From assembly GCA_963783305.1 (NCBI GenBank), contig CAWAMW010000017.1:224001-288000 (forward strand): a DNA stretch of 64,000 bases. The letters run 5' to 3'. Shown piece by piece: positions 21,355 to 29,574 of the stretch. Each line of letters starts with the position of its first letter. Within the stretch, counting starts at the first letter, position 1. Under the pieces are notes generated by a model that saw only the letters and a program-made list of their open reading frames with translations, was not told the DNA's origin and searched no databases. The position numbers and the translations under genes are program-made. The stretch is from an uncultured Gemmatimonadales bacterium. GTDB lineage: Bacteria; Gemmatimonadota; Gemmatimonadetes; Longimicrobiales; RSA9.

Positions 21355-24000
21355 TCAATCGTGCCCGCCGGGCTCTCGCCCGTGCACGGCCCCCTCCATC
21401 AGGCGATCCGGATCGAACCAGCGGCTGGCGGCCTGGAGGACCTGCTCGCTCGTGACCGCCCGGACCCGGTCCCCGAACTCGCGCACCTCGGCCACGCCGT
21501 CCCCGAGCATGAGCGCCTGGGCCAGCTCCGAGAGTTGAGCGCCGTTCGTCTGGGTCCGGATCTGCCAGGACCCCAGGGTGTAGCGGCGGGCCCGCTCCAG
21601 CTCTTCCTCGGAGAGCGGCTCGGTCCGCAGCCGGAGTAGCTCGTCGATCAGCGCGTGCCGGGCCTCCGGGGCCCGAGCGGGCGAGGTGGCGATGTACCCG
21701 ACGAACGCGCCGCCGTACCGTCGCGCGATTGGAAACGCGGTGACGGTGTAGGCGAGGGACCGTCGGCTCCGCAGCTCCTCGAAGAGGCGGTTCCCCAGCC
21801 CGCTCACCGCACTCGACAGCACCTCCAGCGTCACACGGTCGGCGTGCGTGTGCGACGGGCCCGGGAACCCGATCGCGAGCGCCGTCTGCGCCCGGTCCCT
21901 GGACACCGATCGGGTGACGGGCGATTCCGGCCATAGCGGTCGGGGACCCGTCGCGGGGACGGCACGGGTGGACGGACGAACGAGCTCCGAGGCGACCTCC
22001 GCCACCCGCTCCGGATCGACATCGCCGACCACGAACACCCAGGGCTCGGCCACCTCCGATGCGTGCCACCGCCGGAGGTCCTCCGGAGTCAGTCCCGGGA
22101 CCGCCGCCTCCACGGCCTCCACCGGCGTGCCGTAGGGGTGGCCGCCGAAGGCGGCGTTGAGGAAGAGCCGGAGCGGGTAGCGGTACATGTCGTCTCTGAG
22201 CTGGTCCAGGTCCGCCATGAGCACCTCTCGCTCCCGCTCCACCTCACCGGCCGGGAACAGCGGGTTGAACGCCACGTCCGTCAGAAGCCGGAACCCGTCC
22301 CGAAAGTGCTCGGAGGGCACGGTCAGCGACCACGACAGTCGGTCGGCGCCGGCCGCGGCCCCGATGGACCCGCCGAGACCTTCCGACTCCAGCGCGATCC
22401 GCTCGGCCGACCGCGTGCCGGTTCCCTTCACGGAGGCCCGCATGACCAGGCTCGTGATCCCGGCGTTTCCGGGCGTCTCCCGGGGACTGCCGCCCGCCGC
22501 CGCGATGGCCATGGAGACGAGCGGTGCGCGGGAGCGCGGCTTCACGATGAGCCGGCCACCCCCGAGGTCGTACTGGAGCACGCCGTCGTCGGCCGTGGGC
22601 GAGGAGAGGACGATGGGCGCACCCACCGGTGTTTTCTCCACGGTCAGATCGGCCGGGGGCGCCGGCTCCTGGGGGGTGTGACCGAGGAGGACGTCCGGCA
22701 GGTCGGTCTCGCGCCATCCCACCGGCTCGGAGGACTCGGGGCGGTACACGACGAGTGTGACATCGCCGGGATCGAGGTAGCGCTCGGCGGCTCGGTTCAG
22801 GTCCGCTGGCGCCAGCGTCCGCACCCGCTCCAGGAAGGCGCCCGCCTTCCGCCAGTCGCCCATGCCCTCCCATTCGGCCAGCAGGTTCGCCTGCCCCTGC
22901 GCTGTCTCCAGGCGACGAAGCAGCCGCGACTCCAGCAGCGTCCGCACCCGCTCCAGCTCCTCCTCGCCCACCGCTCCGGCGCGCACCGACTCCACCTCGC
23001 CGATCGCGCTCCGGACCGCTTCGCGCGTTCGTCCCGCCTCGCACTCCAGGCTGATTCCGAATACGCCAATGTCCCGGGGCGTGTAGTTGTACGCGCCGAT
23101 ATCGGAGGCCAGCCCCCGCTCCCGCACGCCCCGGTAGAGCCGCGACGCGCGACCCTGGCCGAGCACTACCGCCAGCGCGTCCAGCGCCGGCGTGTCCTCC
23201 GCCAGTGCGCCGGGAGACCGCCAGCCCAGCTCGGCGTAGCTGTGCCCGACATCGGCCGTGAGCTCACGGAACCGCGCCCCGGACCGCGGCGGCTCCGGCC
23301 GCTCCAGTCGCTCGGCATCCCCCGGCGGGAGCTCCGCATACAGCGACTCGACGCGCTCGATGATCCGGGCGGGATCGATGTCGCCCGAGACCACCAGCGT
23401 CGTGCTCAGACCGCGGTACATCGATCGGTAGTACGCCGTCACGTCCGACCGCTCGAGCCGCCGCAGCGCCTCCTCCGTTCCCATCCGCCAGCGCCGCATG
23501 GGGTGCACGTCGAACATCGCCTCGTACAGCTTCTCCGATGCCATCGCCCCCGGGTTGTCCAGCTTGCGGTTCACCTCCTGGATGATCACCAGGAGCTCCT
23601 TCCGCAGCTCCTCCTCGTCGATCTGCGAGTGGATCAGCGCGTCCGCCTGGATCTCCAGCCCCATCTCCACCGCCGACGACGGGAGCACGGTGTAGTAGGA
23701 CGTGTGGTCGTAGATGGTGCCCGCGTTCAGGAATCCGCCCGCGGCCTTCGTCTGGCGGGCGATCTCCCCCACCCCGCGCCGTTCCGTCCCCTTGAAGTAC
23801 ATGTGCTCGAGAACGTGACTGATCCCCACCAGGGCGTCGGGCTCATCGAAATAGCCGGCGCTCACATGGGTGACGATCGCCACCACCGGTGAGGAGTGGT
23901 CCTCCCGCACCAGCAGGGTGAGGCCGTTGTCGAGACGGTGCTCGATGGGGCGAATTCGGTCCAGCAATTCATTTCCGTTCATGGTATCGGAGAGAGGCAC
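21355..24000 (-). CDS. M16 family (pitrilysin-like) zinc peptidase, fused two-half form
   Basis: HxxEH motif (SHVLEHMYFKGT) in the N-half, inactive C-half, and LRSRRSLAY. Start at 24000 or 23982. Confidence 0.93.
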   Translation of the reverse strand: MPLSDTMNGNELLDRIRPIEHRLDNGLTLLVREDHSSPVVAIVTHVSAGYFDEPDALVGISHVLEHMYFKGTERRGVGEIARQTKAAGGFLNAGTIYDHTSYYTVLPSSAVEMGLEIQADALIHSQIDEEELRKELLVIIQEVNRKLDNPGAMASEKLYEAMFDVHPMRRWRMGTEEALRRLERSDVTAYYRSMYRGLSTTLVVSGDIDPARIIERVESLYAELPPGDAERLERPEPPRSGARFRELTADVGHSYAELGWRSPGALAEDTPALDALAVVLGQGRASRLYRGVRERGLASDIGAYNYTPRDIGVFGISLECEAGRTREAVRSAIGEVESVRAGAVGEEELERVRTLLESRLLRRLETAQGQANLLAEWEGMGDWRKAGAFLERVRTLAPADLNRAAERYLDPGDVTLVVYRPESSEPVGWRETDLPDVLLGHTPQEPAPPADLTVEKTPVGAPIVLSSPTADDGVLQYDLGGGRLIVKPRSRAPLVSMAIAAAGGSPRETPGNAGITSLVMRASVKGTGTRSAERIALESEGLGGSIGAAAGADRLSWSLTVPSEHFRDGFRLLTDVAFNPLFPAGEVEREREVLMADLDQLRDDMYRYPLRLFLNAAFGGHPYGTPVEAVEAAVPGLTPEDLRRWHASEVAEPWVFVVGDVDPERVAEVASELVRPSTRAVPATGPRPLWPESPVTRSVSRDRAQTALAIGFPGPSHTHADRVTLEVLSSAVSGLGNRLFEELRSRRSLAYTVTAFPIARRYGGAFVGYIATSPARAPEARHALIDELLRLRTEPLSEEELERARRYTLGSWQIRTQTNGAQLSELAQALMLGDGVAEVREFGDRVRAVTSEQVLQAASRWFDPDRLMEGAVHGREPGGHD

Positions 24001-24080
24001 GAAGCTTTCATGCCGTTGCGCGAGGTCGGCGGCCGCGGCATTGTGAACGCCACGTTAACCATGACAACCACGGAGCGAAC

Positions 24081-24920
24081 GTGCTGGTCTATCTGAACGG
24101 CGAATACATCCCCCACGAGGAAGCTCGCGTCTCGGTGAACGACAGGGGGTTCCTCTTCGCTGATGGCGTATATGAAGTCATCCGGATCTTCGGCGGTCGG
24201 CTGCACCGGGCCAGTGACCACGTCGAGCGGATGAAGCGTGGGCTGGCGGCTCTCCAGATCGACTTCCGCGACATGGACGCGGTGACCGCGGCCATGGACC
24301 GGCTGATCGAGGAGAACGGCATCGACGGCGATGGCACCATCTACATCCAGATCTCCCGCGGCTCGGCCCCGCGGAGGCACGCCTTCCCGGCTCGCGGGAC
24401 GCCGCCGACGGTGTACGTGACCGCGGAGCCCTACAAGAACCATCCCGAGGAGTACTGGCTGGATGGTGTGGAGGCGATCACGGTGCCGGACAACCGCTGG
24501 GCCCGCTGCGACATCAAGTCCATCGCGCTGCTGCCGAACGTGCTGGCGAACCAGGCGGCCCACGCGGCGGGTGCGTTCGAGGCGCTGTTCGTGAAGGATG
24601 GCGTCGTCATCGAGGGCTCGCATTCAAACCTCTGGGGAGTGCATCGCGATCGCCTCATCACCTATCCGGCGAGCAACTACACCCTCCCGGGGATCACGAG
24701 GGCGGAGGTGTTCGAGCTGGCCGGGGAGCTGGGGATCGAGGCCCGCGAGGGGATGATCTTCCACGACGAGCTGTTCGATATGGACGAGCTGTTCCTCTCC
24801 GGGACCACCACCGAGATCATGCCCGTGGTGCGCGTGGACGGCCGCGAGATCCTGGACGGCGAGCCGGGCCCGATCACGCGCAGGCTGCTGGCGGCGTTCC
24901 GCAAGAGGATGCAGGGGTGA
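24081..24920 (+). CDS. dat: D-amino-acid aminotransferase (class IV PLP)
   Basis: DRGFLFADGVYEV, RWARCDIKS, EGSHSN, LPGITR and GTTTEI motifs. Confidence 0.88.
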   Translation: MLVYLNGEYIPHEEARVSVNDRGFLFADGVYEVIRIFGGRLHRASDHVERMKRGLAALQIDFRDMDAVTAAMDRLIEENGIDGDGTIYIQISRGSAPRRHAFPARGTPPTVYVTAEPYKNHPEEYWLDGVEAITVPDNRWARCDIKSIALLPNVLANQAAHAAGAFEALFVKDGVVIEGSHSNLWGVHRDRLITYPASNYTLPGITRAEVFELAGELGIEAREGMIFHDELFDMDELFLSGTTTEIMPVVRVDGREILDGEPGPITRRLLAAFRKRMQG

Positions 24921-24957
24921 CGCAGGGCTGATCGGAAGAGTGGGAGGGGCTCCGTCG

Positions 24958-26040
24958 TCAACCGTCGGCGGAGCCACGGTCGGCGTCCAGGTCCTCGACG
25001 TAGAGCTCGGCGATCATCACCTGGAGGACGGCGAAGAGCGGCACGGCGAGGAACAGCCCGAGGAATCCGAAGAGGACTCCCATGGCCATCTGGAAGAGGA
25101 TAATCGCCGCAGGCTCGAGTTCCACCGCCTCCTTCATGATGACCGGCGTCAGGAAGTTCGATTCCAGCAGCTGGATGCCCAGGTAGAGTATAGCCACCCA
25201 TAGCAGCATCATGGGCGAGACCGTCAGCCCCATGGCCATGGCCGGCACCGCGCTGAGCGTGGGTCCGACGAAGGGGATGAAGACGAGGATCCCCGCGATC
25301 ATGCCCAGGACCAGCGCGCCGGGCACCCCCAGCAGGTAGAGCCCGGCCGTGCTCATGAGGAATATGACGGTCATACTCACCGACATTCCGGCGATCCAGC
25401 GCTTGAGCGCCGACCCCGCGTCCTCGACGGCCCGCCGCAGACGTGGGCGCCCGTTCCGTGGCACGAGATGCAGGATTCCATTCACATACGTGTCCGGGGC
25501 GATCACCAGGAAGACAGCGGCGAAGATGGTGATGATGACGCCGGTCACCGCGCCGATGGCGGTGTTCAGCAGTGGCAGCGCGCCCGCCACCATGTTCACT
25601 GCCTCCGTCCGCAGCCGCGCCTGGAAGCTCTCTTCGGTCTGGCCGGCCGCGGTACCGGTCACCGTTCCATCGGGGGAGGCCGTCGGCAGCATCTGATCCC
25701 ACTGCTGCCGTACCCATTCGGCCGCGCTCCCGAGAGTGCGCGGCAGCTGATCGGCGACGGTGGTGATCTGGCTCTGCACCTGGGGCCACACCACGGCCCA
25801 GAACCCCACGACCAGGCCCAGGAACACCAGGAGCGTGATGAGCCCGGCGAGCCAGCGCGGCATGACCGGCTCCAGCCGGTCCACCAGGAGCGAGAAGAAC
25901 ACCGCGAGCAACGTCGCCGCAAAGGCGATGAAGAGGACATCCCGCACCAGCCATAGACCCTGCGCCAGCGCCCAGACGGCAATGACCACCACGGCCGCCT
26001 TTGCCACGGATCCGTACGTCAGCCGCTGCGTCTGCTCCAT
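24958..26040 (-). CDS. AI-2E family transporter
   Basis: Multi-TM protein with FIPFVGP, QLLESNFLTP and GLFLAVPL motifs. Confidence 0.9.
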   Translation of the reverse strand: MEQTQRLTYGSVAKAAVVVIAVWALAQGLWLVRDVLFIAFAATLLAVFFSLLVDRLEPVMPRWLAGLITLLVFLGLVVGFWAVVWPQVQSQITTVADQLPRTLGSAAEWVRQQWDQMLPTASPDGTVTGTAAGQTEESFQARLRTEAVNMVAGALPLLNTAIGAVTGVIITIFAAVFLVIAPDTYVNGILHLVPRNGRPRLRRAVEDAGSALKRWIAGMSVSMTVIFLMSTAGLYLLGVPGALVLGMIAGILVFIPFVGPTLSAVPAMAMGLTVSPMMLLWVAILYLGIQLLESNFLTPVIMKEAVELEPAAIILFQMAMGVLFGFLGLFLAVPLFAVLQVMIAELYVEDLDADRGSADG

Positions 26041-26079
26041 GCCTGCTCCTCGTGCGGGGGAGTAACGGCAGAACCGCGG

Positions 26080-26094
26080 GCAACGGTCATGCCA
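26080..26094 (-). promoter_or_regulatory. Sigma54 (-24/-12) promoter candidate for the AI-2E gene
   Basis: Minus strand reads TGGCATGACCGTTGC, matching TGGCAY-N5-TTGC about 40 nt upstream of the ATG. Confidence 0.6.
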
Positions 26095-26250
26095 GACACG
26101 CCCGCGCCGCCGCCGTGGAAGTGGCCGGTCGGGCCATGGACTCGCCCTCCGCGGTGCGCAACCTTGCCGCCCGGTCCCTCGGCGCCTAGCGTGGACGCTG
26201 GAGCAGACCCAATCGGGCAGTCCTGACCACCCTCTTACGCTGGATCACGA

Positions 26251-26736
26251 ATGAGCCGCTCTCTGAACAAGGTAATGTTGATCGGGAACGTGGGGGCCGA
26301 GCCGGAGGTCCGCACCACTCCCTCGGGCACCCGGATCGCCAAGATCTCCGTGGCCACCAATCGTGAATGGTCCGACCGGAGCGGTCAGAAGCAGGAGAAG
26401 ACCGAGTGGCACCGGATCACGTTCTGGGACAAGATGGCGGAGATCGTCGAGCGCTACGTCCACAAGGGCGACCGCATCTACGTAGAGGGGCGCATCGAGT
26501 ACAGCCAGACCCAGGATGACCAGGGGAACGTGAAGTACTGGACCGACATCGTGGCGCGCGAGATGGTCATGCTCGGTCAGGGCGGCCCCGGAGGGGGGGG
26601 CGGGGGCGGCGAGTACGACTCCGGCGGCGGGTTCAATCAGGACCGCGGCGGCTCCGGCGGCTCCGGCGGCTTCGACCAGTCGCCCAAGGGCGGCGGCGGA
26701 ACGCCCTTCGAGGAAGATGACGACCTGCCGTTCTGA
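26251..26736 (+). CDS. ssb: Single-stranded DNA-binding protein
   Basis: LNKVMLIGN, TEWHRI, YVEGRI, Gly-rich linker and DDDLPF tail. Confidence 0.98.
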   Translation: MSRSLNKVMLIGNVGAEPEVRTTPSGTRIAKISVATNREWSDRSGQKQEKTEWHRITFWDKMAEIVERYVHKGDRIYVEGRIEYSQTQDDQGNVKYWTDIVAREMVMLGQGGPGGGGGGGEYDSGGGFNQDRGGSGGSGGFDQSPKGGGGTPFEEDDDLPF

Positions 26737-26742
26737 AGCGAC

Positions 26743-26778
26743 AGAGGGCCCCGGCCGCACCCGCAGCCGGGGCCCTCT
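26743..26778. terminator. GC-rich hairpin after ssb
   Basis: AGAGGGCCCCGGC-N10-GCCGGGGCCCTCT, a perfect 13-bp stem with no clear U-tract. Confidence 0.6.
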
Positions 26779-26837
26779 CATATCTAGCCTCTCACGGACC
26801 GCGCCCGCCCGACGGCGGAAGCACGATCCGGTTCTGG

Positions 26838-27101
26838 CTACGGCCGGGAAAGCCGCTTCTTCGCCGTCTCGCGATCGACTGGCAGCGCCTCCGGTCCCTC
26901 TACGATCTCCAGTTCCACGGGCGCGAAGGCGCGGATCTCCGGATCCCCGTCCAGCGTCACACTCACCTTCTGCGGCGTGTATACGGAGTGTTCCACCACC
27001 GCACCCGTCCGGCCGATCAGTCCAGGATCGGACGGCAGGGGTCCACGCTGGATGCGAACGCGCGTGCCGTGGGGCAGAACGGACAGCTCGGTTATGGCCA
27101 T
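26838..27101 (-). CDS. Small hypothetical protein (possibly SH3/KOW-like beta-barrel)
   Basis: GAGGAG RBS. GTRVRI...GRTGAVV...VSVTLD pattern. Confidence 0.75.
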   Translation of the reverse strand: MAITELSVLPHGTRVRIQRGPLPSDPGLIGRTGAVVEHSVYTPQKVSVTLDGDPEIRAFAPVELEIVEGPEALPVDRETAKKRLSRP

Positions 27102-27249
27102 GACCTCTCCTCGTTCGGCTCAATGGTGGCCGGAAGATGGCGGCTCCGGACCCGCCGGGCAATGCACCAGAGCCTCGACCGCCGGCTTGCCACACACGGG
27201 CGTCTGCCTATATTTCCGCCCCCCGAACGATTCATCGATACGAGGCGAC

Positions 27250-27489
27250 ATGAGGGAAACGCGAGACATCTCCAGGACCATGGGCGCGGTCCCCGGGTTC
27301 GTAATCGGCGTGATCTGGCTGGCCCTGGCCGCCAACGCGATCTGGGGCTCCATGCAGGGCTACGCCAACGGACGCGATGACTGGGGCCTGGGCTGGGGAT
27401 TGGTGGGGTTCTTCCTGCTGGCCGCCGGCGCATCCGCTCTCATCGGGACCTGGTGGCACACCTTCCGGGTCAGACGGGACCGCCACTAG
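27250..27489 (+). CDS. Small two-TM membrane protein (79 aa)
   Basis: GAGG RBS and two hydrophobic segments. Confidence 0.7.
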   Translation: MRETRDISRTMGAVPGFVIGVIWLALAANAIWGSMQGYANGRDDWGLGWGLVGFFLLAAGASALIGTWWHTFRVRRDRH

Positions 27490-27496
27490 CACGACT

Positions 27497-27594
27497 CGGG
27501 CTTCGATCCGCCGGGCTTCGATCCGCCGGGCTTCGATCCGCCGGGCTTCGATCCGCCGGGCTTCGATCCGCCGGGCTTCGATCCGCCGGGCTTC
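27497..27594. repeat. Perfect 15-bp tandem repeat (CGGGCTTCGATCCGC) x6.5
   Basis: Directly visible, intergenic between convergent genes, no spacers. Confidence 0.97.
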
Positions 27595-27607
27595 CAACCT
27601 TCCCGCC

Positions 27608-27994
27608 TCAGGAACCGCCGGCGCTGTTCGCGTCCGCGGGCGGCGTGGATTCCGACCCCTCCACCGCTTCTTTCCAGAACCCCAGAAGCTCCACGTCAAA
27701 TCGCTCCGGTGATTCCTCATACGCCGCGGACCACTGCTCGTATGTCGGGAGGGGCGTCCGCTCCAGCAGCACATCCGTCACGCGCTGGACCAGTGAGCGA
27801 TAGCTACGGTGCGTGGGAAGAGGGAGTCTCGATTCCCCGGGAGCGGCCTCCGGACGCCGGGCGGCGGAAGGGTCGTCCGGACGCGCCAGCTCGTAGATCT
27901 GCTCCGGGCTCAGATCCAGGAACCGCTCGGCCAGCCGCGCCGAACACCAATCCAGGTACTTCGCCCGTCGCGTTCGGTCCCCGGACTGATCCAT
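27608..27994 (-). CDS. Hypothetical protein (128 aa)
   Basis: GGAG RBS. Helical protein with PLPTYEQW motif. Confidence 0.8.
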   Translation of the reverse strand: MDQSGDRTRRAKYLDWCSARLAERFLDLSPEQIYELARPDDPSAARRPEAAPGESRLPLPTHRSYRSLVQRVTDVLLERTPLPTYEQWSAAYEESPERFDVELLGFWKEAVEGSESTPPADANSAGGS

Positions 27995-28065
27995 TGGCTC
28001 CGCTGAGACGGTGAATTCGATCCTTCCCTCTCGACCATCAGCCTAGAGGTCGGACCGGACTTTCG

Positions 28066-28260
28066 TCAATAGCGGGCGTCCCCCGCGACATCCAGCCCCC
28101 CGTCCCGCGCCACCAGATACTCGAAGATCATGCGCCGCGTGATCCCGTACGCCACGATCCGGGCCAATGCCTCCGGATCGCTCCCCTGCACCCGCTCAAC
28201 CTCGTTCTCGAGCGGTTCAGGGGGGCGGACGTGCAACTCGGCGGCACTGGTTTCCGACAT
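28066..28260 (-). CDS. Small hypothetical protein (about 64 aa)
   Basis: MSETSAAELH...MIFEYLVARDGG. Coding-like composition, with the start just downstream of the DnaA-box array. Confidence 0.5.
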   Translation of the reverse strand: MSETSAAELHVRPPEPLENEVERVQGSDPEALARIVAYGITRRMIFEYLVARDGGLDVAGDARY

Positions 28261-28270
28261 TGGATGGCTC

Positions 28271-28313
28271 TCTGGATAAATTGTGGAAAAACTGTGTACA
28301 ACTTCGTGGAAAC
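28271..28313. promoter_or_regulatory. Array of four co-oriented DnaA-box-like 9-mers
   Basis: TCTGGATAA (28271), TGTGGAAAA (28282), TGTGTACAA (28293) and CGTGGAAAC (28305) against consensus TGTGNATAA, at 11-12 bp period. Confidence 0.65.
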
Positions 28314-28663
28314 GTCGGATCATCAGCGATCCAGCACGTTCCGTTGGGCGGCCAGCCATGTTTCCCGCAGGGGACGAAGAAGATAGGACGCGGAAACGGG
28401 CGCGTCAACCCTCACGATGCCTCCCGGCGATCGCCCCCGCAAACACCTAAATGGTTGCAGCACAACAACTTAGCGAAATGGCCAATTTCACGTTTTTTGG
28501 CAAACATCCGTGGTCTCGAGGACGGCCGGTGAGGGTATCGAAAGTCACGGAACCGTTGCAATTCGGACACATCCGGCGTGTGGCCGGAGCCGGGAAGCCT
28601 CATTTTCGCCGTCCAGAAACACTTGTTTTTTGGCGTTGATAAGTAGCCCGGTTTTCCCCATCC

Positions 28664-28693
28664 TTGACACTCCCGGCGGCCGCGGGCTACGCT
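28664..28693 (+). promoter_or_regulatory. Sigma70-type promoter, probably a leaderless transcript
   Basis: TTGACA-N18-TACGCT, with an in-frame GTG 6 nt downstream (28700). Confidence 0.55.
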
Positions 28694-28699
28694 CTTTGT

Positions 28700-29428
28700 G
28701 TGCTGAAATCTACGAAGCGGGAGAGCGGTGACGGAGCACCCCCGGGGACGCGCAACGCGGCCCGGGAGGGGGCGCGCCGGCGCTCGTTCACATTTGTCGA
28801 GCGTGAAGGATATCGGTGGTCGGTGTTCCTGGCGACGTACGCCGGCGATGACGGCCGCTGGCGTGGGTACTTTACCTTCCGGACGGCGGCGCCGGGCCTG
28901 GAGGGGCAGGAGATCCGAACGGCGGACCTGTTCGTGGAGCCGAGTGAAGCGGAGGTGGATGCGCGCGCGCGGGGTCTGGGGCGGCCGCTGCTGGGGTCAC
29001 TCCTGGAGTCGGCGCTGCACACGCACGACCGGAAGCGGGGTCCGTCGCCGGACGTGAGCCGGTGGTTCCGGGAAGTGCTGGCGAACCGATCGGAGGAGCT
29101 GGCGGTGCCTCTGGGTGAGGCGGACGACATCTCGCTTACGCACCTGCGGTCGCTCTACGACTCCTATCGAATCGATCAGGTCTCGCACCTGATCGCGCTG
29201 GTGGAGCCGGCGCAGTTCCGCCTTGTCGTGGACCGGCTGCTGGAAGGGCGCGAGATCGACTTCCGTGCGAGTGACCGGCTGCAGCTGGCGATGATCGTGG
29301 TACAGGAGCTGGAGCGGCACCTGCCGCTGCCGCCGTTCGAGGTCTGGGTGGAAGACTACATGGACCGCCGGGACGTCTACCATCGGTACACCCACGACCT
29401 GCACCGGGAAGGTACGCTTCCGGGCTGA
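28700..29428 (+). CDS. Hypothetical two-domain protein
   Basis: Long ORF with strong codon bias and C-terminal PLPPFEVW motif. Confidence 0.8.
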   Translation: MLKSTKRESGDGAPPGTRNAAREGARRRSFTFVEREGYRWSVFLATYAGDDGRWRGYFTFRTAAPGLEGQEIRTADLFVEPSEAEVDARARGLGRPLLGSLLESALHTHDRKRGPSPDVSRWFREVLANRSEELAVPLGEADDISLTHLRSLYDSYRIDQVSHLIALVEPAQFRLVVDRLLEGREIDFRASDRLQLAMIVVQELERHLPLPPFEVWVEDYMDRRDVYHRYTHDLHREGTLPG

Positions 29429-29574
29429 GAGTGGGTGCACGCGTCTGAGGGCGATGCAGGGGCAGGTGAGAGCGAAGGGCGTGGGTGTGCGGGCGCGACG
29501 AGCCCCGCCGGGCGGATGCCGGCGGGGCTCGTCGCGTGGCGCCTCCCCCCCGTCCGGCGGGGGAGGGGGGAGAC

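Noticed and set aside
27497..27594. CRISPR array, or the EARRI/LRSAG repeat ORFs across it
   Set aside because: There are no spacers and no cas genes. The ORFs overlap real genes and arise from the repeat.
28448..28472. dif (XerCD) site
   Set aside because: It does not match the 11-6-11 arrangement with a TTATGTTAAAT arm.
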